Below are positions 7,126 through 7,699 of a stretch of DNA of 7,699 nt, in pieces; position 1 is the stretch's first letter, and every line of letters starts with the position of its first letter. The notes below the pieces were generated by a model. It was not told the DNA's origin, did not search any database, and was given only the letters and a program-made list of their open reading frames with translations. The DNA comes from a virus. Taxonomy: Duplodnaviria > Heunggongvirae > Uroviricota > Caudoviricetes. The position numbers were made by a program, and so were the translations under genes. Location of the stretch: IMG/VR virus record IMGVR_UViG_2711768007_000002; one strand, written 5' to 3'.

Positions 7126-7305
7126 NNNNNNNNNNNNNNNNNNNNNNNNNNNNNNNNNNNNNNNNNNNNNNNNNNNNNNNNNNNNNNNNNNNNNNNNNNN
7201 NNNNNNNNNNNNNNNNNNNNNNNNNNNNNNNNNNNNNNNNNNNNNNNNNNNNNNNNNNNNNNNNNNNNNNNNNNNNNNNNNNNNNNNNNNNNNNNNNNNN
7301 NNNNN
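7126..7305. other. Assembly gap (180 N) within the lysis cassette
   Basis: Run of exactly 180 N characters. It removes the endolysin 3' end and the Rz 5' end, and makes the two genes appear as one 245-codon ORF in the six-frame track. Confidence 0.98.
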
Positions 7306-7591
7306 CCGGTATATCGACTTTGATGTACGGGTTAATTTGTCTGGCGACAGTGGCAAGGTCTTTATTCAGGAGAGCTTTGCATTCTGCTTCGGTATACGTT
7401 TTACCAGGCATGATGTCTTTTCCGGTGTGTCCGTGACATACAGTCCATACACCAATGATATCTTTGTATAGTATGTAGCTGACACCTTCCAGACCATCGT
7501 TACCACCTGGGCCAGTGATTAACACAGATGCTATAGCAACAGCCCCGCCACCAATAGCAACTGCAACAGCCTTGCGTAATGATGGCGACAT
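7306..7591 (-). CDS. R: SAR endolysin (phage-21 R-type lysozyme), N-terminal 95 codons; 3' end lost in the assembly gap
   Basis: The N-terminus [28 protein letters not shown] is a Gly/Ala-rich signal-arrest-release segment. It is followed by [27 protein letters not shown] with Glu35, Asp44 and Thr50 at the positions of the phage-21 R catalytic triad. A GAGAGGTG Shine-Dalgarno precedes the ATG at 7591. Confidence 0.85.
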
Positions 7592-7645
7592 TATTCACCT
7601 CTCGCAGCCTTACTAGACTGGCCCCCTGAATCTCCAGACAACCAG

Positions 7646-7665
7646 TATCACTTAAATAAGTGATA
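7646..7665. repeat. Perfect 9-bp inverted repeat with 2-bp spacer, TATCACTTA-AA-TAAGTGATA; candidate dimeric DNA-binding site, function unassigned
   Basis: Read directly from the sequence. It lies 55-74 bp upstream of the endolysin start in an AT-rich non-coding segment. The outer hexamer TATCAC is the same as the outer bases of lambda-type operator half-sites. Confidence 0.5.
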
Positions 7666-7699
7666 GTCTTAATACTAGTTTTTAGACTAGTCATTGGAG

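Noticed and set aside
6854-7591. Single 245-aa ORF spanning endolysin and Rz in the six-frame track
   Set aside because: It is continuous only through 180 N translated as X. The two ends belong to different proteins (SAR endolysin N-terminus and Rz C-terminus), and the shared frame is coincidental.
7646-7665. The 20-bp palindrome as a Rho-independent terminator
   Set aside because: There is no adjacent U-tract on either strand. The nearest T-run on the plus strand is about 15 nt away and none follows on the minus strand.
7500-7694. 64-aa minus-strand ORF upstream of and overlapping the endolysin start; considered as a holin candidate
   Set aside because: It overlaps the endolysin N-terminus out of frame, its product is Cys/Trp-rich with no transmembrane helices, and it has no ribosome-binding site. 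It is most likely a chance ORF in AT-rich sequence.
1-7699. CRISPR arrays, tRNA/rRNA genes, insertion sequences, integrase or attachment sites
   Set aside because: No spaced direct repeats, cloverleaf-compatible segments, transposase or integrase-like ORFs, or terminal inverted repeats were recognised on either strand.

Overview
This window is the late (lysis, packaging, head) region of a mosaic lambdoid enterobacterial prophage from a draft assembly, with a 180-N gap at 7126-7305. All genes but one are on the minus strand. In transcription order (high to low coordinates): a phage-21-type SAR endolysin (N-terminal 95 codons, then the gap), Rz/Rz1 spanins (Rz 5' end lost in the gap, Rz1 nested out of frame), an AT-rich plus-strand moron encoding a DedA/VTT-like membrane protein, an HTH-type terminase small subunit, an Sf6/P22-type terminase large subunit, a portal gene broken by two in-frame TAG codons, a Mu F / SPP1 gp7-type head morphogenesis gene, a DUF2213-like scaffold-type gene and a 168-codon head-associated ORF. 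I found no rRNA, tRNA, CRISPR array, integrase or transposase, and no complete novel system. The points most worth a second look are the doubly amber-interrupted portal, the absence of a holin in the 108 bp upstream of the endolysin (a CTAG-rich, palindrome-bearing AT-rich segment), and the membrane-protein moron. All similarity statements are from reading the translations and from memory of the protein families; no database search was run.
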